Source of the DNA: a virus
Taxonomy: Duplodnaviria; Heunggongvirae; Uroviricota; Caudoviricetes
Reading direction: 5' to 3' (one strand)
IMG/VR virus record: IMGVR_UViG_2568526312_000003
Length of the DNA stretch: 30,348 nucleotides
The notes beneath the pieces were generated by a model, which had not been told where the DNA came from, made no database searches, and saw only the letters and a list, made by a program, of their open reading frames with translations. A program made the position numbers and the translations under genes. Shown piece by piece: positions 18,291 to 26,660 of the stretch (position 1 is its first letter; the number at the start of each line of letters is the position of its first letter).

Positions 18291-18475
18291 TTACCCCCCT
18301 TATTTAATTTTCTACGACACTTTTTACAATCATCTGGACTTTCGAATGTATCCGGCTCACGCTCATTGCCAAAATACATCCACCCACCGCAAATACTTGT
18401 TATTTCACCTTCAGCAAAATAATGATGTTTTTTCGCCATAAGTGGCCTTGCCCAGCCCGGATTCGTTTTACTCAC
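18287..18475 (-). CDS. hypothetical small protein with CxxC (62 aa)
   Basis: CGGW...CKKCRRK cysteine pairs; 4-bp overlaps with both neighbours. Confidence 0.45.
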   Translation of the reverse strand: MSKTNPGWARPLMAKKHHYFAEGEITSICGGWMYFGNEREPDTFESPDDCKKCRRKLNKGGK

Positions 18476-18828
18476 TTGTTGCCTCCTTTGCGAAGCTCTG
18501 CGACTAACTCGTCACATATGTGCGTCAAAGAGCAAAGTTTGATTGCTGGATGTTCGCGCACCATCTCCACACCCTGCGCCCGCAATTCTGCCAGAAAAGC
18601 GTAGGGGTCAGTTTTTTCACTGTGGTACATGGCATCATAGATAATCATTGCAGCGACACCTGCCTGTCCTGCATCTGTGACGGATATATGCTCAAGGGCT
18701 ACGGCCATTGCGTGTTTCAACCTCTCATTTTCCACCTCAAGCACCACACGATTAGCCTCCAGCTCTTCTATGCGTTTTTTTGCTGCTCCCAGCTCAACAC
18801 GCAGCTCCTGATAGTTAATCTCGCTCAT
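18472..18828 (-). CDS. hypothetical protein with N-terminal coiled-coil (118 aa)
   Basis: ELRVELGAAKKRIEELEANRVVLEVENERLK heptad-like; overlapping start and stop. Confidence 0.5.
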   Translation of the reverse strand: MSEINYQELRVELGAAKKRIEELEANRVVLEVENERLKHAMAVALEHISVTDAGQAGVAAMIIYDAMYHSEKTDPYAFLAELRAQGVEMVREHPAIKLCSLTHICDELVAELRKGGNK

Positions 18829-19049
18829 TCTCCTTCCTCCCGCACTGCTGTTTTATATGCCCGAAGCACATGCGATGTTTTTCCTGACACAGTGCTTCTC
18901 AGAAAGAAAATTCCACTGGTGTTTATTACCAGATACGGGTCAGCAAGACGCAGCATATCCAGTATGTGATTATGTTTTCTTGTTTCCAGCACCGTACTTG
19001 AAATAAGCATATGTGACACGGGGCCGAAATCATGATATCTGATTTTCAT
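18825..19049 (-). CDS. hypothetical protein (74 aa)
   Basis: First ORF of a run of four genes with overlapping stops and starts; no motif recognised. Confidence 0.4.
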   Translation of the reverse strand: MKIRYHDFGPVSHMLISSTVLETRKHNHILDMLRLADPYLVINTSGIFFLRSTVSGKTSHVLRAYKTAVREEGE

Positions 19050-19070
19050 ATCATCACCCTGCTGTAAAAA

Positions 19071-19835
19071 TTACCCGTTATCTCCTGTCGTTATTTTCTG
19101 TATGACATCACGATGCTTATTAATTTCCCGCAGCGCGGCGCATAAGCGCTCCCACTTCTGAACCTGACCTTTTGCCCGGCGCAGCTCGCGGTTAGCCACA
19201 TGCAGCGATGGTAAAATCAGACCATCCGGATGCTTTCTGATGAACGACGACTGTGACTGCACTGTGACCGCCACACTTTCAGTTTTAATTTCTTCCTGTG
19301 TTTCCGCTTCCCGGACTGGTAACGCAACACCTGCCGGCTGAGGAAAGGCTTTACCATCGGTTTCCGTTACCGATGCAGCTTTCGGCTCTGCCGGTAAATT
19401 ATCGCCCGGTATGCAGTAACGATATTTACCGTCCTGATTTACGCGAATCAGACGACCTTTGCTGACAGCCATCGCCAGTGATGAATTCGCCCGGCGGGAG
19501 GTAATCCCGAACATTAACGCCAGTTCGTCAGCCGACTGAGGACCATGCTGTTCAATCGCGTTAATCAGCATCTCTGCAGTGGTTTTTGGGGCCGCTTCAG
19601 TTGCCTCACTCGTCAGCCACCACATCGACCCCTTGTTATCAGCTTCGCCACGACGCTTCAGCTTCCAGAGTTCGGTAACAGCATCGTCACGGCTGATTTC
19701 AAGACGGGCTGCAATCTCGTGCGACGAGGCTTTTTTCAGTGCTTTCAGTGCGTCAAAAACGGTTTCCATTAAATTTTCCTCCCGGTAAAAATTACTTCTC
19801 AACTCAGACAAAACCGGCCGCCTTCCGGCGCTCAT
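19071..19835 (-). CDS. hypothetical phage protein (likely starts at internal METVFDAL, about 19769)
   Basis: 254-aa ORF; N-terminal HTH-like region ([26 protein letters not shown]). Confidence 0.5.
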   Translation of the reverse strand: MSAGRRPVLSELRSNFYREENLMETVFDALKALKKASSHEIAARLEISRDDAVTELWKLKRRGEADNKGSMWWLTSEATEAAPKTTAEMLINAIEQHGPQSADELALMFGITSRRANSSLAMAVSKGRLIRVNQDGKYRYCIPGDNLPAEPKAASVTETDGKAFPQPAGVALPVREAETQEEIKTESVAVTVQSQSSFIRKHPDGLILPSLHVANRELRRAKGQVQKWERLCAALREINKHRDVIQKITTGDNG

Positions 19836-20466
19836 ATTCCTGTTTCAGCAATTCAATTGGCGTTGGCCCTGGCGGGCGTTTGGGTGCTGCCAGTTGTCGC
19901 CGGACTGGCGGAACACTGAGGCCATTACCAACATGCTTTGCCCATTTCGTCAGCTGCCTTTCCACAAGCCGTTTTAACTCCCCTTCGGTCATCTGGCGCT
20001 CAATCCCCTTTGAACGCATCTCGAGGCAAATGTGGTACAGCACCGGCTGTGGCCACGGGTATTTATCACTCCCGTCGTACCGCCAGGATTCATTCCTCCA
20101 GCGACGGTACTCCTCCATCACGGCATCCACCGTCAGGCCAAATGGATTTGCCCCGCTCTCCGAAATCAACGCCACAAACTCAGCCAGATCCGGAGGCCAC
20201 GTTTCACCCGCCCGGCAGCGGTCCATGCACTGACGGCAGACCTGCCGGATTTGCTGTTCAGTCATCGCGCCAATCTGAGCAATCCAGAGCTTCGACGGCG
20301 CAGCCCCGTTCTTCTGGGTCCAGCGGTTCGAATACACCTCCCCCATAAGTTCCCACAGCTTCCAGGCCGTTTCCGTTGCTGATAAATCCGTTTTCACGTT
20401 CCCACTGTTCACGTGCTGCCCGAATTTCCTGAACTGCCCGTGATGCGGTGCCACCTGGTGCTGCAT
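19804..20466 (-). CDS. P: replication protein P-like (helicase loader); start uncertain (20265-20466)
   Basis: C-terminal half ([33 protein letters not shown]...[10 protein letters not shown]) aligns with recalled lambda P; overlaps the O ORF end in another frame. Confidence 0.65.
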   Translation of the reverse strand: MQHQVAPHHGQFRKFGQHVNSGNVKTDLSATETAWKLWELMGEVYSNRWTQKNGAAPSKLWIAQIGAMTEQQIRQVCRQCMDRCRAGETWPPDLAEFVALISESGANPFGLTVDAVMEEYRRWRNESWRYDGSDKYPWPQPVLYHICLEMRSKGIERQMTEGELKRLVERQLTKWAKHVGNGLSVPPVRRQLAAPKRPPGPTPIELLKQEYERRKAAGFV

Positions 20467-21301
20467 GGCTTACCCCCTTGCTGACTGGTTTTACCTGTGC
20501 CCTGACGTGCTGCACGTGACGGGCAAATTTCTGCTCCCACTGAACCTGCGTGAAAACCTTCCCCTCCGCCATCCAGTAATCCCGGAATGCGGCAAGCTCA
20601 GCAGGTGTAAACTCAGGCTCAGGCAGAGCCATACCCCACACTGCTGCCCGCTGTCGAAAATCCGGCGACGGTTGCCAGACTCCAGTCATCGGAAATTTCC
20701 CGATCGGTTCGCTCAGGCCGTCCAGGTATTCAGGTTCGGCTGTCTGCAACGACGCGTCATTCAACTCACCGGTCGTAGCACTCTCGCGCATGCGCGCGTT
20801 ATGTGTGGGGTTTAATTCTTTATCTGTATCTGTATCTGTCGTGATTTGTCGTGACATATGCGTGACGCGTCGTGACTCATCGTGACAATCAGTGTTCTGC
20901 TTCCGCAGTCTTTCCCGCTCCCGCTGCGCTCTCTTGCGCTCTGCCGGGGATTTTGCGGTTTGCGAAACATTACCGTTATCCTCCTTCATCACCTGGCGTT
21001 TTTCCCATCCGGAAATAAGATCACCATCCAGAACTCGCCCCTGCATTGCATGCAAAATTGAATCAATCACGTCTTCCGTCACATCAAGCGCATTTGCTAA
21101 ATCTTCCGTCGTGACATCAATGTGACCACGTAGTGACACGCCGTGACATGTCGTGACATTTCGTGACGCACTCACCAGAAGGTGGATATACACCGCCATC
21201 ACTGTTGCGATTGGCTGTCCTGAGACCCTGGCAATGGTTCGCCATTTGGGATCATTTGGCATGTCATGCCACAATCTGAGCCAGGCATTAGCCATACTCA
21301 C
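20258..21301 (-). CDS. O: replication initiator O-like protein with embedded origin iterons
   Basis: 347 aa; N-terminus MANAWLRLWHDMPNDPKWRTIARVSG (O-like, memory); contains two arrays of YCGTGAC repeats at 10-bp spacing. Confidence 0.65.
   Translation of the reverse strand: MSMANAWLRLWHDMPNDPKWRTIARVSGQPIATVMAVYIHLLVSASRNVTTCHGVSLRGHIDVTTEDLANALDVTEDVIDSILHAMQGRVLDGDLISGWEKRQVMKEDNGNVSQTAKSPAERKRAQRERERLRKQNTDCHDESRRVTHMSRQITTDTDTDKELNPTHNARMRESATTGELNDASLQTAEPEYLDGLSEPIGKFPMTGVWQPSPDFRQRAAVWGMALPEPEFTPAELAAFRDYWMAEGKVFTQVQWEQKFARHVQHVRAQVKPVSKGVSHAAPGGTASRAVQEIRAAREQWERENGFISNGNGLEAVGTYGGGVFEPLDPEERGCAVEALDCSDWRDD
20821..21167. repeat. phage replication origin: (TATCTG)x3 plus five iterons (20838-20886) and a second array of six iterons (21109-21167)
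   Basis: tcgtgac/gtgac cores at 20840, 20850, 20861, 20870, 20881 and at 21109, 21121, 21131, 21141, 21151, 21161. Confidence 0.7.
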
Positions 21302-21363
21302 CTCATCTGATACCGAACTTTACCCTCGAACATCCGGAAGAAATCCGGCATGAATATTGTTGG

Positions 21364-21788
21364 TCAATGCACGACAACAGCATTACCAGGCTGACCACCA
21401 CTGTTAGTCAGGGTGCCCCAGGCGATCGCCGCTGCGACAAAATCATCCACATCTTTCACCAGCCGATCCCTCCGTTCGACGATCTCACGGTAATATTCAG
21501 AGCTGTGACTGCGCATACGGGCCACCAGCAGAGGCGGCATTGCCTTTTCGATCGCCGGTAACAGAGCCTGAATTTTTCAACAGCATCAGGGGTGTCTTTA
21601 TCCAGCCAACGGAAAATTTTCTGGGTATTACGAGCCAGGGCTTCCGGATGGCTGTCGTCGTACAGTTCCGGGAACGTCATCCCCAGCTCGAAATAAGTCC
21701 GGGCTATTTCAGCTGCAGGAACTTTCTCACCGTCCGGATAGGCCCAGGCATTGATCGCCATGCGGATGTGCTCATGTTTGATTTTCAT
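21364..21788 (-). pseudogene. YdaT-like (cII-position) protein, frameshifted at a T5/A5 run near 21574-21578
   Basis: ORF 21456..21788 starts MKIKHEHI; after ...AVEKF the plausible continuation (QALLPAIEKAMPPLLVARMRSHSSEYYREIVERRDRLVKDVDDFVAAAIAWG...) is in another frame. Confidence 0.5.
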
Positions 21789-22012
21789 GAATCCCCCTTT
21801 CCTTCGCCCTGAGTGGTATCCTTCTTTTTGTAAAGTTCTGGGTTCAAAGATAATTTCCCCTTGGAGTATGCAGCAGCTTCCGCAGCCCTCCCCTTCGGAA
21901 CTATTTCACCAGGACGCTTACGCCACATGTAAATAGCTTCGCGGGTTATCCCATAAAAATCGGCAACCCTCTGAACAGAACCAAAAAACTGGACAAGTTC
22001 ATCAACTCGCAT
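21785..22012 (-). CDS. cro: Cro-like repressor (YdaS/DicC-type HTH)
   Basis: 75 aa, divergent from the cI-like gene; HTH-like VQRVADFYGITREAIYMWRKR; SD aggagg. Confidence 0.7.
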   Translation of the reverse strand: MRVDELVQFFGSVQRVADFYGITREAIYMWRKRPGEIVPKGRAAEAAAYSKGKLSLNPELYKKKDTTQGEGKGDS

Positions 22013-22021
22013 TTTACCTCC

Positions 22022-22090
22022 TAAATCTAAGCATTTTTAGATTACAAGATAATTTTTTTTAGGTCAATGCAATCTAAAATAATTTATATT
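22022..22090. promoter_or_regulatory. OR operator region with PR (minus) and probable PRM (plus)
   Basis: Repeated ATCTAA/TTAGAT half-sites at 22024-22043 and 22070-22078; minus-strand PR TTGACC-17-TAATCT (-35 at 22062-22067, -10 at 22038-22043). Confidence 0.6.
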
Positions 22091-22106
22091 CAATTTGCAG
22101 GAGAAA

Positions 22107-22754
22107 ATGATGGAAAGCCTTGGCTTCAGGCTTAAGAGACTTAGAAAAGATAAGGGGCTGACCCAAGTAGAACTGGGTAAGCTTTCAGGCGTGACTGGGG
22201 TTACTATAGGGTACTGGGAGAAAGATCTAAACGAACCAGGTAGCAAAGCTCTAAGTAAGTTAGCCCAGGCATTAGGAACTACTGAGTCCTATCTCCTATA
22301 TGGAGTATCGTCTCCTGAATTATCTTTTGTACAAAGTACCTCAGGCACCAAGATCCCCTACCTTTCGTGGGGTGAGGCGATTTCTTTCCTAATCTTAAAA
22401 GGAGAGAAAACAATGGGAAATGTCGATAGAATCACCACATTCTTTGATGTCGAGGAAGGTGATTTTGCCGTTTCAATGCCTGATGACACAATGCATAACC
22501 CATCAGGATCACCGAGTATCCCAGTTGGTGCTACTGTGATCCTAAGGCCAGGAGAAAGTTATAAAAATGGCAGCATCGTCGCTGTAATAGTTCCGGATCC
22601 GCTTAAAAATGAACCATCTATGACTATAAAGAAATTAGTTATTGATGGGAAGCTTGTGTATTTAAGCCCTCTCAATCCACGCTATCAGTCATCCTTACTT
22701 ACACCAGAGTGTAAAATTGTTGCCGTAGCAAAAGGTGTACAGTTCAACTTATAA
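22107..22754 (+). CDS. cI: CI-like prophage repressor (HTH plus S24/LexA-like peptidase domain)
   Basis: N-terminal HTH (GLTQVELGKLSGVTGVTIGYWEK); C-terminal S24-like region (SMPDDTMHNP...GSIVAVIV...KKLVIDGKLVYLSPLNP). Confidence 0.8.
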   Translation: MMESLGFRLKRLRKDKGLTQVELGKLSGVTGVTIGYWEKDLNEPGSKALSKLAQALGTTESYLLYGVSSPELSFVQSTSGTKIPYLSWGEAISFLILKGEKTMGNVDRITTFFDVEEGDFAVSMPDDTMHNPSGSPSIPVGATVILRPGESYKNGSIVAVIVPDPLKNEPSMTIKKLVIDGKLVYLSPLNPRYQSSLLTPECKIVAVAKGVQFNL

Positions 22755-22775
22755 CCCGCCACGTCCTTTACTTGA

Positions 22776-22800
22776 GGTCGGCAATGCCGACCTTTTTTTT
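22776..22800 (+). terminator. rho-independent terminator after the repressor gene
   Basis: ggtcggc aat gccgacc hairpin followed by T8. Confidence 0.75.
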
Positions 22801-22805
22801 AAATT

Positions 22806-22850
22806 AATCTAGATTTACCTTGACTGAAAAACTAAATACTTTTAGATTTA
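22806..22850 (+). promoter_or_regulatory. PL promoter with OL operators
   Basis: TTGACT (22820-22825), 17-bp spacer, TAGATT (22843-22848); palindrome AATCTAGATT at 22806-22815 and TTTAGATTTA over the -10. Confidence 0.6.
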
Positions 22851-23028
22851 TTACATACCACCCTACCTCGCCCCACAGAACGTCGGGCAATACCTCGAGT
22901 TACCCGGCAGTGGTCAGGGGTTAAGTAGCCAGCCCGAGGCGTATGAACATGACGGCGGGAACACTTTGTATAACAGCGCAGCAGGTTTTTAGTTCCGCGA
23001 CCCGGCGTTAAGGGTAAATGAGGTCAAC

Positions 23029-23181
23029 ATGGATATGCTCAATCTTGGCAACAATGAATCTCTGGTGTGCGGAGTATTCCCCAACCACGACGGCACGTTT
23101 ACCGCGATGACGTATACCAGAAGTAAAACGTTTAAAACCGAAGCTGGCGCGCATCGCTGGTTAGCAAGAAACGCTAACTGA
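23029..23181 (+). CDS. 50-aa protein, YdfA-like (first gene of the dicB-type operon)
   Basis: SD gagg 6 nt upstream; MDMLNLGNNESLVCGVFPNHDGTFTAMTYTRSKTFKTEAGAHRWLARNAN; not in ORF track (<60 aa); identity from memory. Confidence 0.45.
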   Translation: MDMLNLGNNESLVCGVFPNHDGTFTAMTYTRSKTFKTEAGAHRWLARNAN

Positions 23182-23444
23182 TTAGCGCCAGTAAAAACAG
23201 GTTTCCACAGGTTAATTTACCCTGAAAAGTCAGGGCATAACACGAAAGCGCACGGCGAAGTTAGTCTCTCTGTATAGGTCGTCGTTAAATTTAATTCGAC
23301 CGTGCGCTTCTGGTTGTGGCAATCCGCGAAATGGCGCGGCGGTAAGTATGGCGGGGTTATTCCTTCCCCCGTTGAGGACACCGGGTTGTCAGGTTGACCA
23401 TACGCTTAAGTGACACCCCAGCCACAACAACCTCTGTTATCACT

Positions 23445-23483
23445 TTTCTGGTGATTCGGCGGAAATGGATATCCGCCCTTTTT
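23445..23483 (+). ncRNA. dicF: DicF-like small RNA (variant with shortened or divergent body)
   Basis: tttctggtga...ggcggaaatggatatccgccctttttaaagtgaattttgtgatg resembles the 5' end, terminator and downstream flank of E. coli dicF as recalled; lies just upstream of a dicB homolog. Confidence 0.5.
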
Positions 23484-23661
23484 AAAGTGAATTTTGTGAT
23501 GCGGTGAATGCGGCTATGCGCACGCGGAACAGTTAAAGCAGTAAGGCGGTCTTTTACTGGCGTAACGAGCATCAACTAACCCGACGTTAATTGTTAACTG
23601 GTTAACGTCACCTGGAGGCACCAGGCACTGCATCACAAAATTCATTGTTGAGGACGCGATA

Positions 23662-23850
23662 ATGGAAACGTTATTACCAAACGTTAATACGTCTGAAGGT
23701 TGTTTTGATATTGGTGTTCTGCTCAGTAATAAAGCGTTTACTGAGGATGCCATTAATATGCGGAAATATGAGCCTTATCTGCTCAATGATAATTCCATTC
23801 TTTCCCGAATTGCCCTTATTAAACTTGGTATTTTCGGAGAACGTCAATGA
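23662..23850 (+). CDS. dicB: DicB-like cell division inhibitor
   Basis: METLLPNVNTSEGCFDIGV...FTEDAIN matches the recalled DicB N-terminus; 62 aa. Confidence 0.7.
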   Translation: METLLPNVNTSEGCFDIGVLLSNKAFTEDAINMRKYEPYLLNDNSILSRIALIKLGIFGERQ

Positions 23851-24035
23851 CTTCAGCATTTGCACTGGTGATGACGGTTTTTCTTATAACGGGTGAATCA
23901 CAGAATGTTATTACCGGAATTTATGCCAGTAAAGAATCCTGCCTCCAGGCAAGAGACGAGCAAAAAATTTCTGGTGAATGCCTACCGGTAAAAAAAGTAT
24001 CGCTGTACCTGAATAACGAAACACCGGCTGGATAA
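23847..24035 (+). CDS. YdfD-like small protein (N-terminal hydrophobic segment)
   Basis: 62 aa, ATGA overlap with the dicB-like gene; MTSAFALVMTVFLITG hydrophobic start. Confidence 0.5.
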   Translation: MTSAFALVMTVFLITGESQNVITGIYASKESCLQARDEQKISGECLPVKKVSLYLNNETPAG

Positions 24036-24130
24036 CCCGCCAGCCATATTAACGCCATACCAACGGATTAAAAATGCCAGCAATGGCAGGGATTCGTTCA
24101 CCCTGAAATCTGTAATGAGGTTAAAACACA

Positions 24131-26602
24131 ATGAGTAAAATCTTTATTTGCGCTGCTATTCCTGACGAACAGGCCATAAAAGAAGATAGCGCTGTTGCGG
24201 TGGCCACTGCCATTGAAGCCGGTGATGAGCGTCGCGCACGCGCAAAATTTCACTGGCAATTTCTGGAGCAATTCCCGGCAGCTCAGGACTGCGCTTATAA
24301 ATTTATTGTCTGCGAGGATAAACCCGGCATACCCCGCCCTGCCCTCGATTCCTGGGATACCGAATATATGCAGGAAAACCGCTGGGATGAGGAGTCAGCT
24401 TCCTTTGTACCGGTCGAACCAGAATCCGATCCGATGAACGTCAATTTTGACAAGCTGTCCCCTGAAGTACAGAACGCAGTCCTGGTTAAATTCGACACAT
24501 GCGAAAACATCACCGTTGATATGGTGATTAGCGCACAGGAATTACTACAGGAAGACATGGCAACATTCGGCGGACATATCGTTGAAGCGTTGATGAAAAT
24601 GCCAGAAGTTAACGCCATGTATCCTGAACTTAAACTGCATGCCATCGGGTGGGTTAAGCATAAATGTGAGCCTGGCGCTAAATGGCCTGAAATTCAGGCA
24701 GAGATGCGCATCTGGAAAAAACGTCGCGAAGGTGAACGCAAGGAAACCGGAAAATACACGTCTGTTGTTGATCTCGCCCGCGCCAGAGTCAACCAACAGA
24801 ACCCTGAAAACGCTGCTGAAAAAACCGGGGCTGTCACTGTTGCCATTCGCCGCGAATACAAACAGACATGGAAAACACTCGACAATGAACTGGCCTGCGC
24901 CCTCTGGCCCGGTGATGTGGATGCAGGAAACATTGACGGTACCATCCATCGCTGGGCGACAAATGAGGTTATCGACAAGGATCGCGAAGACTGGAAGCGT
25001 ATCTCAGCATCAATGCGCAAACAGCCCGAAGCACTTGGCTATGACCGTCAGACTATTTTTGGCCTTGTTCGCGAACGTCCGATCGATATTCACAAAGATC
25101 CCGTTGCACTGAACAAATATATCAGTGAATACCTGACGACAAAGGGCGTGTTTGAACATGAAGAAACAGACCAGAGCTCTACTGATGCTCTCCAGCCGTC
25201 AGCAGCACAAACTGCTCCAGTGGAGACGGCAGAATCCGATACTCAAAAAAATGAAATCCTGGTGGAAGCTGAACCATCTGTAGAGCGTGAAGGACCATTT
25301 TATTTCGTCTTTACCGATAAGGGCGGGGAAAAATACGGCAGGGCAAACAAACTTTCTGGTCTGGACAAGGCGCTGGCTGCCGGCGGTACCGAAATCTCAA
25401 AAGAAGAATATTTTGCCCGAAAAAATGGCACATACACGGGCTTACCGCAAAATGTGGATACCGCTGAAGATTCCGAACAATCAGAGCCGGTAAAAGTTAC
25501 CGCTGACGAAGTAAACAAAATTATGCAGGCAGCCAATATCAGCCAGCCTGACGCCGATAAATTGCTTGCTGCATCACGTGGTGAATTTGTTGAAGGGATT
25601 AGCGACCCGAATGATCCGAAATGGGTGAAAGGGATCCAGAGTCGCGACGCTGAGGACCAGAATCAGCCCAACGTGAAACAAAATGAGCCAGAAGCGGAAC
25701 AAAACAGCCCGGATACGCAACAAAACGGGCCAGAAGAACAACAACCAGAACCAGCAGTGCAACAGGAACTGGAAAAAGTTTGCACCGCATGCGGTCAGAC
25801 CGGTGGCGGCAACTGTCCTGACTGTGGTGCGGTGATGGGGAACGCAACCTACCTGGAAACATTCGATGAAGAGAATCAGGCTGAAGCTCAGAAAAATGAT
25901 CCGGAGGAAATGGAAGGCACTGAACATCTGCACAAGGAGAACACTGGCAGCGATCAGTATCACGCCAGCGATAATAAAACTGGCGAAACAGCAAATCCCT
26001 TAATTAAAGTGAACGGTCATCATGAAATCTCATCCACCAGCAGGTTGTGGCACCATCTGATGATTGACCTTGAAACAATGGGAAAAAATCCTGATGCGCC
26101 AATAAACTCTATAGCCGGTAAGTTTTTTGATCCGGCAACCGGAGAGATGGGGCCAGAATTCAGCAAAACTATCGATCTGGAAACCGCAGGTGGGGTCATC
26201 GATCGGGACACCATTAAGTGGTGGCTGAAACAGTCACGCGAAGCACAATCCTCCATTCTGACCGATGAAATCACGTTGGATGATGCACTGCTGCAATTCC
26301 GGGAATTTATCGACGAAAACTCCGGTGAATTTTTTGTTCAGGTCTGGGGTAACGGTGCAACTTTCGACAACGTGATTTTACGCCGTTCATATGAACGGCA
26401 GGGGATCCCCTGCCCGTGGCGTTACACCAATGATCGCGATGTAAGAACGATGGTTGCTCTGGGACTGGTGATGGATTTCGACGCAAGAACGACTATTCCA
26501 TTCGAAGGTGAACGCCATAACGCCCTGCACGATGCGCGTTACCAGGCAAAATACGTTTCAGCCATCTGGCAAAAACTGCTCCCGAGTCAGGCTGATTTTT
26601 AA
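24131..26602 (+). CDS. large RecE-like (exonuclease VIII family) protein with C-terminal DEDDh 3'-5' exonuclease domain
   Basis: Central segment KLLAASRGEFVEGISDPNDPKWVKGIQSRD...CTACGQTGGGNCPDCGAVMG resembles the RecE middle region (memory); C-terminus has DnaQ-like motifs MIDLETMG, VWGNGATFDNV, HNALHDARYQA. Confidence 0.6.
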   Translation: MSKIFICAAIPDEQAIKEDSAVAVATAIEAGDERRARAKFHWQFLEQFPAAQDCAYKFIVCEDKPGIPRPALDSWDTEYMQENRWDEESASFVPVEPESDPMNVNFDKLSPEVQNAVLVKFDTCENITVDMVISAQELLQEDMATFGGHIVEALMKMPEVNAMYPELKLHAIGWVKHKCEPGAKWPEIQAEMRIWKKRREGERKETGKYTSVVDLARARVNQQNPENAAEKTGAVTVAIRREYKQTWKTLDNELACALWPGDVDAGNIDGTIHRWATNEVIDKDREDWKRISASMRKQPEALGYDRQTIFGLVRERPIDIHKDPVALNKYISEYLTTKGVFEHEETDQSSTDALQPSAAQTAPVETAESDTQKNEILVEAEPSVEREGPFYFVFTDKGGEKYGRANKLSGLDKALAAGGTEISKEEYFARKNGTYTGLPQNVDTAEDSEQSEPVKVTADEVNKIMQAANISQPDADKLLAASRGEFVEGISDPNDPKWVKGIQSRDAEDQNQPNVKQNEPEAEQNSPDTQQNGPEEQQPEPAVQQELEKVCTACGQTGGGNCPDCGAVMGNATYLETFDEENQAEAQKNDPEEMEGTEHLHKENTGSDQYHASDNKTGETANPLIKVNGHHEISSTSRLWHHLMIDLETMGKNPDAPINSIAGKFFDPATGEMGPEFSKTIDLETAGGVIDRDTIKWWLKQSREAQSSILTDEITLDDALLQFREFIDENSGEFFVQVWGNGATFDNVILRRSYERQGIPCPWRYTNDRDVRTMVALGLVMDFDARTTIPFEGERHNALHDARYQAKYVSAIWQKLLPSQADF

Positions 26603-26660
26603 TGTTCAACCCGGATCGCCGCTAACGGCATATAGTTAGCGGCGGTTGTGAGATATAGCT

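Noticed and set aside
20821-21167. Possible CRISPR array suggested by short regularly spaced repeats
   Set aside because: Repeats are 7-9 bp at 10-bp periodicity inside a replication-initiator gene, typical of ori iterons; no 25-40-bp repeat/spacer structure anywhere in the window.
21540-21812. 90-aa plus-strand ORF over the cro/ydaT region
   Set aside because: Antisense to the cro-like and ydaT-like genes.
23220-23235. boxB-like hairpin (ccctga aaag tcaggg) as a nutL element
   Set aside because: 6-bp stem with a 4-nt loop rather than the 5-bp stem and GAAAA pentaloop; no boxA nearby; no N gene follows.
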